Part shown: positions 36,255 to 48,600 of the stretch, one piece after another
How the letters are laid out: every line of letters starts with the position of its first letter
Numbering within the stretch: the stretch's first letter is position 1
NCBI RefSeq assembly: GCF_044704955.1
Contig: NC_091978.1
Location: 327,174,001 to 327,238,000, forward strand
Direction: 5' to 3'
Length of the DNA: 64,000 nucleotides
Source: Pristiophorus japonicus
Taxonomy: Eukaryota
The notes under the pieces: generated by a model
The model's database searches: none
Told to the model about the DNA's origin: nothing
Seen by the model: the letters and a program-made list of their open reading frames with translations, nothing else
Translations under genes and position numbers: made by a program

Positions 36255-37200
36255 TGTGGGAGCTCAATAATTTCAGATCATAACCTCTGCCCCCATTTTT
36301 TTAGATGGCAGCTATTGCTGATGATTCTGATATTGCCATTTACACCTCCTCTAGAACCATCTTCTGTTTCTTTACTTGTTCAATTACCATCTCCTTCCAC
36401 CTGACACTATCATCGCTTTTGTCATTTAATCTCTCCTGCCTTCCATCCTATCACAGGCCTTCGCAAGATCGGCGGGGTTCGGGGATCGGGAGGGGAGAGA
36501 GGATCGGCTGGGGTTGGGGATTGAGAGGGGGAGAGAGCTTCGGCAGGGGTTAGGGATCGACGGGGGGGGGGGGGGGGCGGGGCAGGAGAGAGGATCAGGG
36601 CCAGCAACTGGAGGATCGTGGCAGGCCTCGTCATCATCATTGGGGGGGAAACGGCGGAAATGGCGCGAGGGGTGGCCTGGGGAGGAGGGGGAGGTGTGGG
36701 GGTTGATTGGAGATCTCGTGGAGAGGTCTTCGATTGTGATGGGGTGGGTAAGGTCAGGACTCTGGATCCAGGAATTAGATATAAAGCCACTTATCTCCTG
36801 AATGTAACGGTCCCCGCCCCGGGTTAATCTGTCGGGTTTCACGAATTGTGTGAAACCCGTACACAGGCAGTTAAACACAAAACGGAGGGGGGAGAAAGCG
36901 GCTTCCAGCCTCATTACAATATTTAAATTGAGGTTCCGCCCCCCCCTGGGAGTGGGTTGGTCGCCTGCCCCCTATCCCGCCTCCGATAAAAATGGAAGTG
37001 AATGGGTTGGAGGCGGGATCAGGTCAGGAATCTCCTCTTTAACACTCTAACTGCCACCACGCTCCAAACCCACCTGTTTTTTTTAAGGGGAAAATTCTGG
37101 GCCGGTTTCTCTCTCAACAGATGCTGCCTAACCTGCTGAGTATTTCCAGCATTTTCTGTTTTAATTTCAGATTTCCAGCATCCGTAGTATTTTGCTTTTG
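36255..37200 (+). mobile_element. Penelope-like 3' fragment interrupted (about 36460-37100) by a GC-rich MITE-like sequence
   Basis: CAATAATTTCAGATCATAACC.. and CAGATGCTGCCTAACCTGCTGAGTATTTCCAGCATTTTCTG. A second copy of the latter lies at about 40660-40750. Family assignment is from memory. Confidence 0.45.
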
Positions 37201-38343
37201 TACCAGGATCTTATGGGATCAGTACACGAAGGGCAATTTTAACTCACCCTGCCCAGTGGGAATTGCCTCTGAAAACCTCTTACTCTTTGCCGTTCCATTC
37301 CTGCCCACTGCCACTTTAACTGAGTCCTTATTTTAGGCTGCCAAGGGACCTGCCTGACTCAGGCGGGAGCCTCGTTAATACATGAAAATTGAACTCCTGG
37401 TGATGGCATTAGGACCTGGATGGCATTTTAACTACCAACTGAGCATAAAACCTGTTGGGGAAGAAGCAGAGGTTTTCTTTCAGGGGCCTGGTGGAGTGAG
37501 AGTGCTCCTCTGGGCCCCACAGGAAATTTGGATCTCTGCTGCCCCAGGTTCACCCCCTCACCATCCACAAGACCCATCCCAAACCACATTTGTAATTTAA
37601 CTGAGATCCGAGGGGTTGAGCTCTGGCCTAAGCAATCTTCATCTTCCAACGGCCAGCTAGCTCCCTCTTTGCGCCTGTTTTGAAGAGTGGGCGGGGGGGG
37701 GGGTGGGGTGGTGAGGGGGGAGGGCGTTTTGCAGGCAGGCTGTAAATGTGGCTTGAGTTAAAATAGTCTATGCCTCAAATTGATGACACTGATGATTGGG
37801 GAGTTTGATGCTTGCTCCGTTCCCCTGGCTAAAACCTGTTTCCAGTGAAAATTCCTCTTTAATACACCAAATAGGATGAGCAAATCATTTGTAAATAAAC
37901 AACATTGGACTTGATATTCATGTGTATTGTGAGGGTCCACTTAAACGCCAAATAACAGGATCTTAGCTCTTTTGGACAAAACTCCAGACATGGTAATGTA
38001 TTTAGAACAGAGAGTATTTAATAATAAATGGTAACTGTCATACAAGTTAGTAACTGCAACAAAATTTACTGCTTCCTCTTTCATCTCTTCTCTCATTGGG
38101 GGTGATCTTCAACTTGCATCAAAAAGGGTGTGAAGTTGGCAGATCGGCCATGCCACCTGCCCAAAGACAATGTCTGAAAGTCGCATATCGGGACGGGTTC
38201 GGGCTTCTTTTAAATGCAGCTGCTCAGCTGTGGCCCCCATGAAATAAAAATGAAAAATTTCCTTGGCTATTTTTTGTGAGGTTTCCAGAGGTCCCTTTAA
38301 TGATCACTGGTTAGGCTGCTCAATGCCTGCTACAAATGATATG

Positions 38344-39530
38344 CATAAGAACATAAGAAATAGTAGCTGGAGTAGGCCATACCGCCCCTCGAGCCTGCAC
38401 CACCATTCAATATGTAAGGTTACCAATCTTCAGAAAAACGCAGACCATGAACTAAAAATTGATTAATCCAAGCTTTTGGAATCGGGACAATTAAGGACTT
38501 TCTGTGGCTAAAGTCATAAAACTGACTTCATGCATAACAACAATGGAGGTGTTACATGAGGCTTCGAACTTGATCGACCAGGGTGGGGAAAACAGCCACT
38601 GGAGATATCGAGTCTGTAAAAAGACCGGACATCAAAGGACCCCAGGAATACAAATTTATGGATAACAGCATTCAGCATAAGGAAATATCTTTTGCATTGT
38701 TGACTCAGTGTGCAAATTAGTAGCCATTCAAACTCATCACCACAGCCAGTTAAACAGATCACCACCTCGGTAATCAGATCTTGGAAGCAAGACACTTATT
38801 CATACTATGGATATAAATATTTGGACACAGAGGCACACAAGGAGGCAACAGAAGAAGGACAGGCAACACAAGAAGAAGTAGCAGAAAAGGAACAGAAGCT
38901 GTTGAGAACAGCCGAAAGAAGAAGCAGCAGGTTACGGAATCAAGGACCACGAATCTCTGGTGATTGTATGTCTGAAGTCAAATTTCTCTCAGAAGTCTAG
39001 TCCTGTAGTTTTAGTCGGTTTTTGTTGCGTAATAAAACTGACACTGCTTAAGCCTAAAATTTTGTGCCATGTGTTGTCCTTTCCCACTATAAGTTCCAAG
39101 GTCTAAGAATCAGAATAGAGTGAAAAAAAAAACTACAAATAAGATCATGGCTGATCTTCAACCTCCACTCCACTTTCCGTTCAATCTCCATATCCCTTGA
39201 TACCCTTAGAGTCCAAAAATCTATCGATCTCAGCCTTGAATACACTAAACAACTGAACAACCACAGTCCTCTGGGGTAGAGAATTCCAAAGATTTGCAAC
39301 CCTCTGATTGAAGAAATTTCTTCTCATCTCAGTCCTCAATGGCTGACCCCTTATTCTGAGACTATGCCCCCGAGTTCTAAGCTCCCCAGCCAGGAGAAAC
39401 AGCATCTACCCTTTCAAACCCTCTCAAAATCTTACATGTTTCAATGAGATCACCTCTCATTCTTCTAAAGTCCAGAGTGTATAGGCCCATTCTATCCATT
39501 TCTCCCTCATAGGACAACTCTTTCATCATG
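38344..39530 (-). mobile_element. Older CR1 3' fragment interrupted by a solo LTR
   Basis: CATAAGAACATAAG tail at 38344; RTRGHSLRIRG..LWNSLPQ at 39181-39405(-). Confidence 0.8.
38413..39137 (+). mobile_element. Solo LTR (725 bp)
   Basis: TGTA...TACA termini, 4-bp TSD AATA (38409-38412 and 39138-39141), TATA-like at about 38812, AATAAA at 39031. Removing it restores the CR1 sequence CCATTCAATAAGATCATGGCTG. Confidence 0.85.
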
Positions 39531-39865
39531 CCCGGTGCACGTTCCACCTGATTGTACCTGAAAGTTACAATTGTGGTCCTTAATTGGCATATTTAAGAGG
39601 CTCCCATTGGACAAATCTGGGTGAATTGCTTGGCCATTTACAAGCATGCCTGAAAATTGCATCAGTGGACCTAGGGCGTCAATAAGGCTGCCGAGTTACC
39701 AACCCCACACCCAATTGATTTTCAATTGCTGGCCTCCCATTTTCCATATGAGAAACGGGCGGTCGGCAGTTGAAATTCACCCGCACATTCTTTCGAACCC
39801 CCATCCTTTCTTTTCACAGAGCATTGTCTCTCCCCTCCCCAGGAATGGTCGGAGCATCCAATGCT

Positions 39866-40632
39866 GGATGTCGGATAAACAGAGGCAGTGGAGGGATCGA
39901 GAGAGTTAGCGGTGAGGTAGAGCTGAGTGTCGTCAGCGTAGATGTGTATTAGGATGATGTCGCTGGAGACAACATGTAGATGATACATACGAGAGGGTCA
40001 AGGATAGATCCTTGGAGGACTCCAGAGGTAACGGTAAGGAAGCGGGAAGAGAAGCCATTATAAGAGATTCTTTGTCTATGAATGAACAGAAAGGAATTAA
40101 ACCATCAAGGGAAGTCCCGCTCAGCTGGACATCAGAGGAAAGATGTTGGAAGAGGATGGTGTGGTCAACCGTGTCAAAGGCTGCGGACAGGTCGAGAAAG
40201 ATGAGGAGGGATAGTGCACCACCATCACAGTCACATACAATGTAATTTGTGACTTTGACTAGGGCCGTTTCAGCGCTGTGGCAGGGGTGCAAACCTGATT
40301 GGTGGATTTCAAACATGGAGTTGCGGGAAAGATGGGCATGGATTTGGGAGGATACAACATGTTCAAGGACTTTTGAGATGAGAGGTAGGTTTTAAGAAGC
40401 ATCTTAAAGGAGGAGAGATTTGGAGAGAGGCAGAGAGGTTGAGGGAAGTAATTCCAGAGTTTTGGGCCTCAGCACGACCACCAATGGTGGAACAATTAAA
40501 ACCCGTGATGCGCAAGAGGACAAAATGTAAGTGTCGCAGATATCTTGGAGGGTTGTAGGGCTGTAGGGCTAGAGGAAAGTATAGAGATAGGGACAAGGCC
40601 ATGGAGAGATTTGAAAACAAGGATGAGAAACA
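39866..40632 (-). mobile_element. L2 LINE fragments
   Basis: HSAETALVKV..LDLSAAFDTVDH and IYADDTQLYL, plus a 3'-region piece homologous to 35300-35550. Confidence 0.8.
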
Positions 40633-41364
40633 ACTTACGCATATCCTTACGAAAGGACTGTTTTTCTCTCCACAGATTCGGCCTGACCTGCTAAGTATTT
40701 CCAGCATTTTCTGTTTTTGTTTTCAGATTCCCAGCATTCACAATATTTTACTCGTGTTATGCGTATCCTGTAAGCCATTGGCTAGGGACCTGTAAGGCAC
40801 ATCTCTTTGCCACATTGTGCTTTGCGCTGACTGTTGAGAAGTGGACCTAGAATACATGGCTTATCATAAATTAATTGAACACCTGAATATAAGCTCCAAG
40901 CAAAAATGGGTTTTCTAACAGACATTGGTTTAAACATTCGTTTGGATGCTCAATATAGTCAGATAAATGGTCTTTGTTATTATTGTTTGCTGTACTGTAT
41001 TATCTGTAAAGACTGGTTCTTTAATTTAAAAAACGATGTCAAATCCACATTTTTTTTCCAATCTTATCCATATCCATCTTCTGACAAGTCTTCCTGTAAT
41101 TTTCTTCCAGATGGCAATTATTTTTGTTGCTGACTGCAATAGAAAGGAGAATCTTTCTGATGGAAAATCTTCCTTATGGCACCTTTCCCATACCTAGAAT
41201 TTAATTAGAAACAGTTACTGGAGTCCTTCCTCACTGAGGACTAAACCTCAATAATTCCGAGGAAAGTAGCAAAATCAGCTGTATCTTAAAACGACAAAAT
41301 CAGATATTGAGCTTGTATTTTTTAGTGTATTTCTCCCGATCATCCTAAGCTGCTCCTTCATCAG

Positions 41365-42387
41365 TCATCATCATCATAGGCAGTCCCTCGAAGTCGAGGA
41401 AGGCTTGCTTCCACGCTAAAAGTGAGTTCTCAGGTGGCTCTACAGTTCAATGCAGGAATGACAGTCTCTGCAACAGGTGGGACAGACAGTGGTTGAAGGA
41501 AAAGGTGGGTGAGGAGCCTGGTTTGCCGCACACTCCTTACGATGTCTGCGCTTGCTCTCGGCGACGAGACTCGAGGTGCTAAATGCCTTCTCAGATGCTC
41601 ATCCTCCACTTTGGACGGTCTTGGGCCAGGGATTCCCAGGTGCCAGTGGGGAAGTTACAGTTTATCAAGAAGGCTTTGAGGGTGTCCTTGAAACATTTCC
41701 TCTGCCCGCCTGAGGCGTGTAAGATTTCCGAGTGGAACAGTTGCTTAGGGAGACTCGTTTCGAGCATGCGGACGATGTGGCCCACCCAACGGAGCTGGTG
41801 GAGTATGCTCAGCGCTTTGATGCGCTGAGGGGGATGTTGGCTTGGGCGAGGACACGGGCGTTGGTGTGTCTATCCTCCCAGTGGATTTGCAGGGTCTTGC
41901 GGAGGCAGCGCTGGTGGTATTTCTCCAGCACTTTGAGGTGTCTGTTGTATATAGTCCACGTCTCTGAGACAGAGAGGAGGGCAGGTATCACTACTGCCCT
42001 GCAGACTATAATCTAGGTGCCAGATTTGAGGGCCTGGTCTTCAAACACTCTTCCTCAGGCGACTGAAGGCTGCGCAGGTACAATGGAGACAGTGTTGGAC
42101 CTCGTCATCAATGTCTGCCCTTGTTGATAGTAGGCTTCCGAGGTATGGAAAATGGTCCACATTGTCCAAGGCCGAGCCGTGGATTTTGATGACCAGGAGG
42201 GCAGTGCTGTGTGGCAGGGTCAAGTTGGTGGAGGACGCTTTGTCTTACGGATGTTTAGTGTAAGGCCCAAGCTTTCGTACGCCTTGGTGAAGGTATTGAC
42301 GATGGCTTGGAGTTTAGCCTCTGAGTGTGCACAGATGCAAGCGTCATCCAGGTACTGTAGTTCGATGACAGAGGATGGGATGACCTT
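41365..42387 (-). mobile_element. 5'-truncated RTE LINE
   Basis: ELQYLDDAC, FPYLGSLLS, SETWTIYNRHLKVLEKYHQRCLRK; (GAT)n tail at 41365. Confidence 0.9.
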
Positions 42388-42652
42388 ACCCACATCCAGA
42401 GGAAACCAATCTCTAAAATAGTCATTCATCCTACATTTATTTTAGTATTTAAGTACAATTTTTTGTATTTGTTTTCATTTATTTACTTTTTTCACAACTG
42501 CAACATCCACAAACGAGGGGTGGGTTTCAGCAGAAATGCCGGGAGGACCCTCCGAGGACCAATGCTTGCAAGGTCACCAGTAGGTTCACTATTTTACATA
42601 CCAATGGCGGGCACATGCACACGAGAGGCACATCTAGGGCGTCTGCCGTAGG

Positions 42653-45600
42653 TGTTGTGTATGGAGAAAGAGTCAGACTGAACACTGTGAGCTCAAAGTA
42701 AAGTGTGACTTTAGTCTTTTATTGCAGGTCTCCAGAGTGCCTCTCCAACCTGTGAAGCCTCCTTAAATACCTGTGCTCCCAAGGGATTATGGGATCCCTT
42801 GGGATTCCAGGGGATGAGCCCTCTGGTGGCTGTACAGAGTAAATACAAGTCCACATATATAACAACACTCCCCCCCGCCAAAGTCAATAGTGTAACTATT
42901 TACAATGTGAGTCGATCTGGGGCCCTTCTTGCCCTGGTTGATCGTCTTGGTGTGAAAGCTGGTGTTGTTAAATCATTTGTTGGGCCCTCGCTGGGCTGCT
43001 GGGCAGCTGGCCTTGCTGGGCTGCCTGGTGTGTTGCGCCCTGCAGGGCTGCTGTGGATGATGGGTTCTGCTTCGTGGTCAACCGTGGTGCCGGTTGCCAC
43101 TGGTGTGTATGTTGGGGGATCAAAAAAGGTAGGGTCCAAGGTGGGTTGCTCAGGATAGTCCGTGAATCTGAGTTTGATTTGGTCCAAGTGTTTCCAGTGA
43201 ATGAGTCCATTTGAAAGTTTGACCCGAAACACCCTGCTCCCCACTTTGGCCACGACAGTGCCGGGAAGCCACTCGGGACCTTGTCCATAATTTTAAAAAA
43301 TACAGGATCATTGATGTCAATCTTGTGTGACACATTTGCGCCATCATGGTATGCAATTTGTTGAAGCCGCCTGCTCTCTACCTGTTCATGTAGATCAGGG
43401 TGAACTAATGAGAGCCTTGTCTTAAGTGCTCTTTTCACGAGCAGTTCAGCAGGTGGGATCCCAGTGAGTGAGTGGGGTCTCATGCAGTAGCTAAGCAGGA
43501 TTCGGGATAGGTGAGTCTGCAGTGAGCCTTCAGTTACCCTCTTCAAGCCTTGCTTGATGGTTTGCACTGCTCTCTCTGCCTGACTATTGGACGCTGGTTT
43601 AAACGGGGCAGATGTGACATGTTTGATCCCGTTACGGGTCATGAATTATTTGAACTCAGCACTAGTTCAAGAGTCCCAGAAATGACCACAGCTCTGTCAC
43701 GTTCTGTGGCCTCTGTGCGTTCTCGATTGCCTCTGTCTTCCCGTTAGTGGGCCTGATGCCATCCGCCGCAATCCTCCTTCTCAAGCACTCCACTACAGGC
43801 GCCAGGAAAATGCACTTCGAGTGTTTCAACCTGAGCCCCACGCAGTTGAGTCGACTAAGAACCTCCTCCAGGTTCTGCAGGTGCTCGACTGTGTTCCGAC
43901 CTGTGACCAAGATGTCGTCCTGGAAGACCACAGTGTGCTGGACCGACTTCAGTAAACTTTCCATGTTTCTCTGGAATATCGCCGACGCTGATCGGATTCC
44001 AAACGGGCATCTGTTATAAACAACAAGACCTTTGTGCGTGTTGATGCAGGTGAGAGCCTTCGATGATTCTTCCAGTTCCTACGTCATGTAGGCTGAAGTC
44101 AGACGTGAACGTCTTTCCTCCCGCCAGTGTTGGAAAGAGGTCATCGGCTTTTGGTAGTGGGTATTGGTCCTGCAGGGAGAAACGATTGATAGTTACTTTC
44201 TAATCGCCACAAATTCTGACGGTGCCATCTCCCTTGAGGACTAGGACAATAGGACTGGCCCACTCGCTGAACTCGATCGGTGAAAAGATGCCCTACCTTT
44301 GCAACCGGTCTAGCGCGATCTCTACCCTTTCTCTCATCATGTACGGTACTGCTCTCGCCTTGTGACAGATGGGTCGCGCCCCCAGAATTAGGTGGATCTG
44401 CACTTTTGCTCCTTGGGAAATTCCCGATGCCTGGTTCGAACAGTGAAGGAAATTTGTTTAAGACCTGAGCACACGAAGTGTCGTCAGCAGGCGATAGCGC
44501 TTGGACGCCGTCCCAGTTCCAGTGTATCTTTCCCAGCCAGCTGCTGATGAGCAGCGTGGGACCTGTAATGTCCTTACACACGACTATAAATTCACATGAG
44601 GCACATTCTGCAGACAAGATCACTCTGTGACCTGAACCTTTATTCACAAGAAGTGATGACCCTGCATGGGACCTCCTTTTATATACCTGGATGACCAGGT
44701 GAGAAGTGTCTCCCACAAATTCACCCTCTGTGGTCAAGGTGTGCATTTCTTAGGTGTATACAGTATGCAGTGTAGTTATGAAGGTTACAGTTATATGAAG
44801 GTTACATACATGACATCACCTCCACCCCAAAGATTAAGTCTTTCAGGCTGTCGACGCTCTCTTGTGGGGCGCTGCAGTTGGGGCTCTGGTTGTTGAGCCT
44901 TGGCATGCGTCTCTGTCACCTGTAGTGATTCCGGCTTGTCCGGGCTTGCCGCAGGGACTGTGCATGCTGCTGAATGTTCTTGTTGCTCGTTCATTGGCGG
45001 TGGTGTGGGCAACATCTCATGATCTTCCTCAGGTTCCTTAGTGTCCATGCTGAACCTTTTTTTTACTTGGTCCAGATGCTTGCGGCATATCTGTCCATTG
45101 TTAAGTCTCACCACTATGACCCTATTTCCCTCTTTGCCAATGACAGTACCCTCGAGCCACTTGGGCCCCAAAGCGTGATTAAGAACAAATACAGGGTCAT
45201 CGATTTCTATACATCTACCCTTTGAGTTACGGTCATGGCACTCATTTTGGGACTGGCGTTTGCCCTCAACAATGTCTGTCAGGATAGGATGAATGAGGGA
45301 CAGCCGAGTTTTAAGTGTACGTTTCATGAGTAGTTCCACGGGCGGGACTCCCATGAGCGACTGCAGTCGGGACCCATAGGCCAGCAGGAGGCGCGATAGG
45401 CGGCATTGAAGGGAGGGTCCTTGAATCCAGAGCATGCCCTGTTTTATGATTTGGGCCGCATGTTCCGTCTGGCCATTGGAAGCCGGCTTGAACAGTGCCG
45501 TCCTGACATGTTTGATGCCATTACCCGACATGAACTCCCGGAATTCATAGCTAGTGAAACATGGGTCGTTGTCGCTAACCAGGATGTCTGGCAAGCCATT

Positions 45601-48600
45601 GGTCGCAAAGACCGCACGCAGACTCTCCACAGTGGTGGATGTCGTGCACGAATTCAATATGATGCACTCGATCCATTTCGAGTACGCATCAACAACAATG
45701 AGGAACATCTTTCCCATGAACGGGCCCGCGTAGTCTACGTGAATACGTGACCATGGCCTGGTGGGCCAGGGCCACGGGCTGAGTGGGGCCTCCCTGGGGG
45801 CATTGCCGAGCTGGGCACAGTACGTGCACCTGCGAACACAGTGTTCCAGGTCTGAGTCAATTCCCGGCCACCATACATGTGACCGGGCAATGGCTTTCAT
45901 TAGCACCATGCCTGGGTGCTCGCTGTGGAGTTCCCTGATGAATGTTTCCCTTCCCTTCTGGGCCATGACTACCCAGCTGCCCCATAGTAGGCAGTCGGCT
46001 TGGATGGAGAGCTCATCCATCCGTCTGTGAAACGGTCTGACCTCCTCAGGGCATGCTCCGTGTGCGGGCGCGCAATCCCCAGTCAAGACACATTTCTTAA
46101 TCAAGGATAGGAGGGGATCTCTGTTGCTCCAGATTTTGATCTGCCGGGCTGTGATGGGGGAGCCTGCGCTGTCAAAGGCTTCAATGGCCATGACCATCTC
46201 AGCGCTTTGCTCCGCTGCCCCCTCAGTGGTGGCCAATGGAAGCCTGCTGAGCGCGTTAGCACAATTTTCGGTGCCTGGCCGGTGCTGAATGGTGTAGTCA
46301 TACTCAGCCAGCATGAGAGCCCATCGCTGTATGCGAACTGATGTATTGGCATTGACAGCTTTGCTCTCTGACAACAGGAATGTTAATGGCTTGTAGTCCA
46401 TTTCTAACTCGAACCTTCTGCCAAAAAGGTACTGGTGCATCTTTTTCACCCCATAGACACATGCGAGTGCTTCCTTTTCAACCATCCCATATCCCCGTTC
46501 TGCCTGGGAGAGCGACCTGGAGGCATAAGCCACAGCTTTGAGTTGGCCCTCATCATTACTCTGCTGCAACACGCACCCAACCCCATAGGATGGTGCATCA
46601 CATGTCAAAAACAATTTCTTACAGGGGTTGTACAGAGTCAACAGCCTATTAGAACAAAGCAGGTTCTGCGCCTGATTGAAAGCCCGTTCCTGACATTCCC
46701 CCCAAAACCAATCGCAACCCTTACGCAGGAGCACATGTAGCGACTCCAACAATGTGCTTAAATTCGGCAGAAAGTTCCCAAAATAGTTCAAGAGTCCCAG
46801 AAATGAACGCAACTCCGACGTGTTGCCGGGCCTGGGCGCACGACGAATCGCCTCCATTTTGGATTCGGTAGGCCGGATCCCATCTGCAGCAACCCTCCTG
46901 CCCAAAACCTCGACCTCTGGGGCCGGACTTCTTTAGTCGCGGCCTACCTGGTCCAGTCGGCGTAGCACCTCCTCCAGGTTGTGGAGGTGTTCCTCGGTGT
47001 CTCGACCCATGATAAGGTTGTCTTCCTGAAATACGATTGTTCCAGGGATGGATTTGAGCAGGCTTTCCATGTTCCTTTGAAAGATAGCAGCCGCTGATCG
47101 AATGCCAAATGGACACTTGTTGTAGACAAACAGCCCCTTGTGCATGGTGATGGTGGTCAGTAGCTTGGATTCTTCGGCCAGTTCCTGGGTCATGTAGGCT
47201 GAAGTGAGGTCCAACTTGGTGAACAGCTTGCCACCTGCCAGCATGGCAAAAAGATCCTCCGCTCTCGGAAACGGGTATTGGTCTTGTAGTGACACTCTGT
47301 TGATAGTGGCCTTGTAGTCGCCACAGATCCTGACCAAGCCATCCGTTCTTAGGACAGGGATGATGGGGCTTGCCCAGTCACTGAATTAAATGGGTGAAAT
47401 TATGCCCTCTCTTAGCAACCTGTCCAACTCACTCTCAATTTTCTCCCGCATCACATACGGCACAGCTCTGGCTTTGTGGTGCACTGGTCTGGCGTCCGGG
47501 GTGATGCGTATCACTACTTTGGTACCTTTGAAAGTCCCGACACCAGATTGAAATAGTGACTCAAATTTCTGTAGGACCTGTGAGCATGAACTTCGCTCCA
47601 CAGATGAAATGGCGTGCACATGCCCCCCATTTCCAGTGCATCTCAGCTAGCCAGCTCCTCCCCAAAAGCGCGGGACCGTTTCCGGGACAATCCAGAGTGG
47701 CAGCTGGTTCTCTGATCCATTATGTATGACCACCAACATTGCACTGCCTAGCACTGGGATGATCTCTTTGGTGTACGTCCTTAGTTGCGTGTCAATGCGT
47801 TCTAGTTTGGGTCTGCTAGCTCTGAGTGGCCATAGTTTCTCGAATTGTTGGACACTCATAAGTGACTGGCTGGTCCCTATGTCCAGCTCCATGCATACCG
47901 GGATGCCGTTTAATAGGACTTTCATCATCATAGGTGGCGTTTTGGTATATGAGCTGTGGATGTTTGCCACATGAACCCGCTGAACTTCAGCATCCATTTC
48001 TTTGTCCCAAGCATCAACCTGCCTTGCATACCCCTCTTCTGGTTCATCTGACTCGTAAATTAGCCTCCCTGTGGGCTTCCTGCACATTCTGGCTAAATGT
48101 CCACTGAAGTTACAATTTCTACAGATAAATTGTTAAAACCGACAGGTTTTTGCAGCATGTCTGCCCCCCGCACCTCTAGCATGAGCCGAGATCGGTGTGA
48201 ACAAAAGGGTTGTTATCAGGCATTCCTCTCTGATTGTCTCTTTGATTACTCTTGAGCACTCTGTTAATGGGTGTCAATGGCCCCATCCCGGGACGCATTG
48301 TCCACCGTGATAGCGTAAATGTCTGTTCAACCTGCCATTGTCTCTGTTGAGGACCCACTCTAGAGTTGCTGCCTGGGTGGTGTCGAATTGCCCTTGCCTG
48401 CCTGCGGGGTTCTGAGTCGCGTTTACAATGTTAACTCCCTGATCCATCACCACATTGGAAGCAGAGTTGCGTGCGTATATTATCTTGGTTTCCTCCTCCC
48501 CCACCATGAAGATCTGAGCCATCAACGCCGCTGCTTCCAAGGTCAAGTCCTTGGTCTCAATTAGCTTTCTGAAAATCCTGGTATAACCAATGCCCTCAAT

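Noticed and set aside
36255-37200. Hammerhead ribozyme in the Penelope-like repeat
   Set aside because: The CTGANGA...GAAA core is not present in these fragments.
38710-39000. 96-aa Glu/Lys-rich ORF
   Set aside because: Lies within the solo LTR and derives from purine-rich low-complexity sequence.
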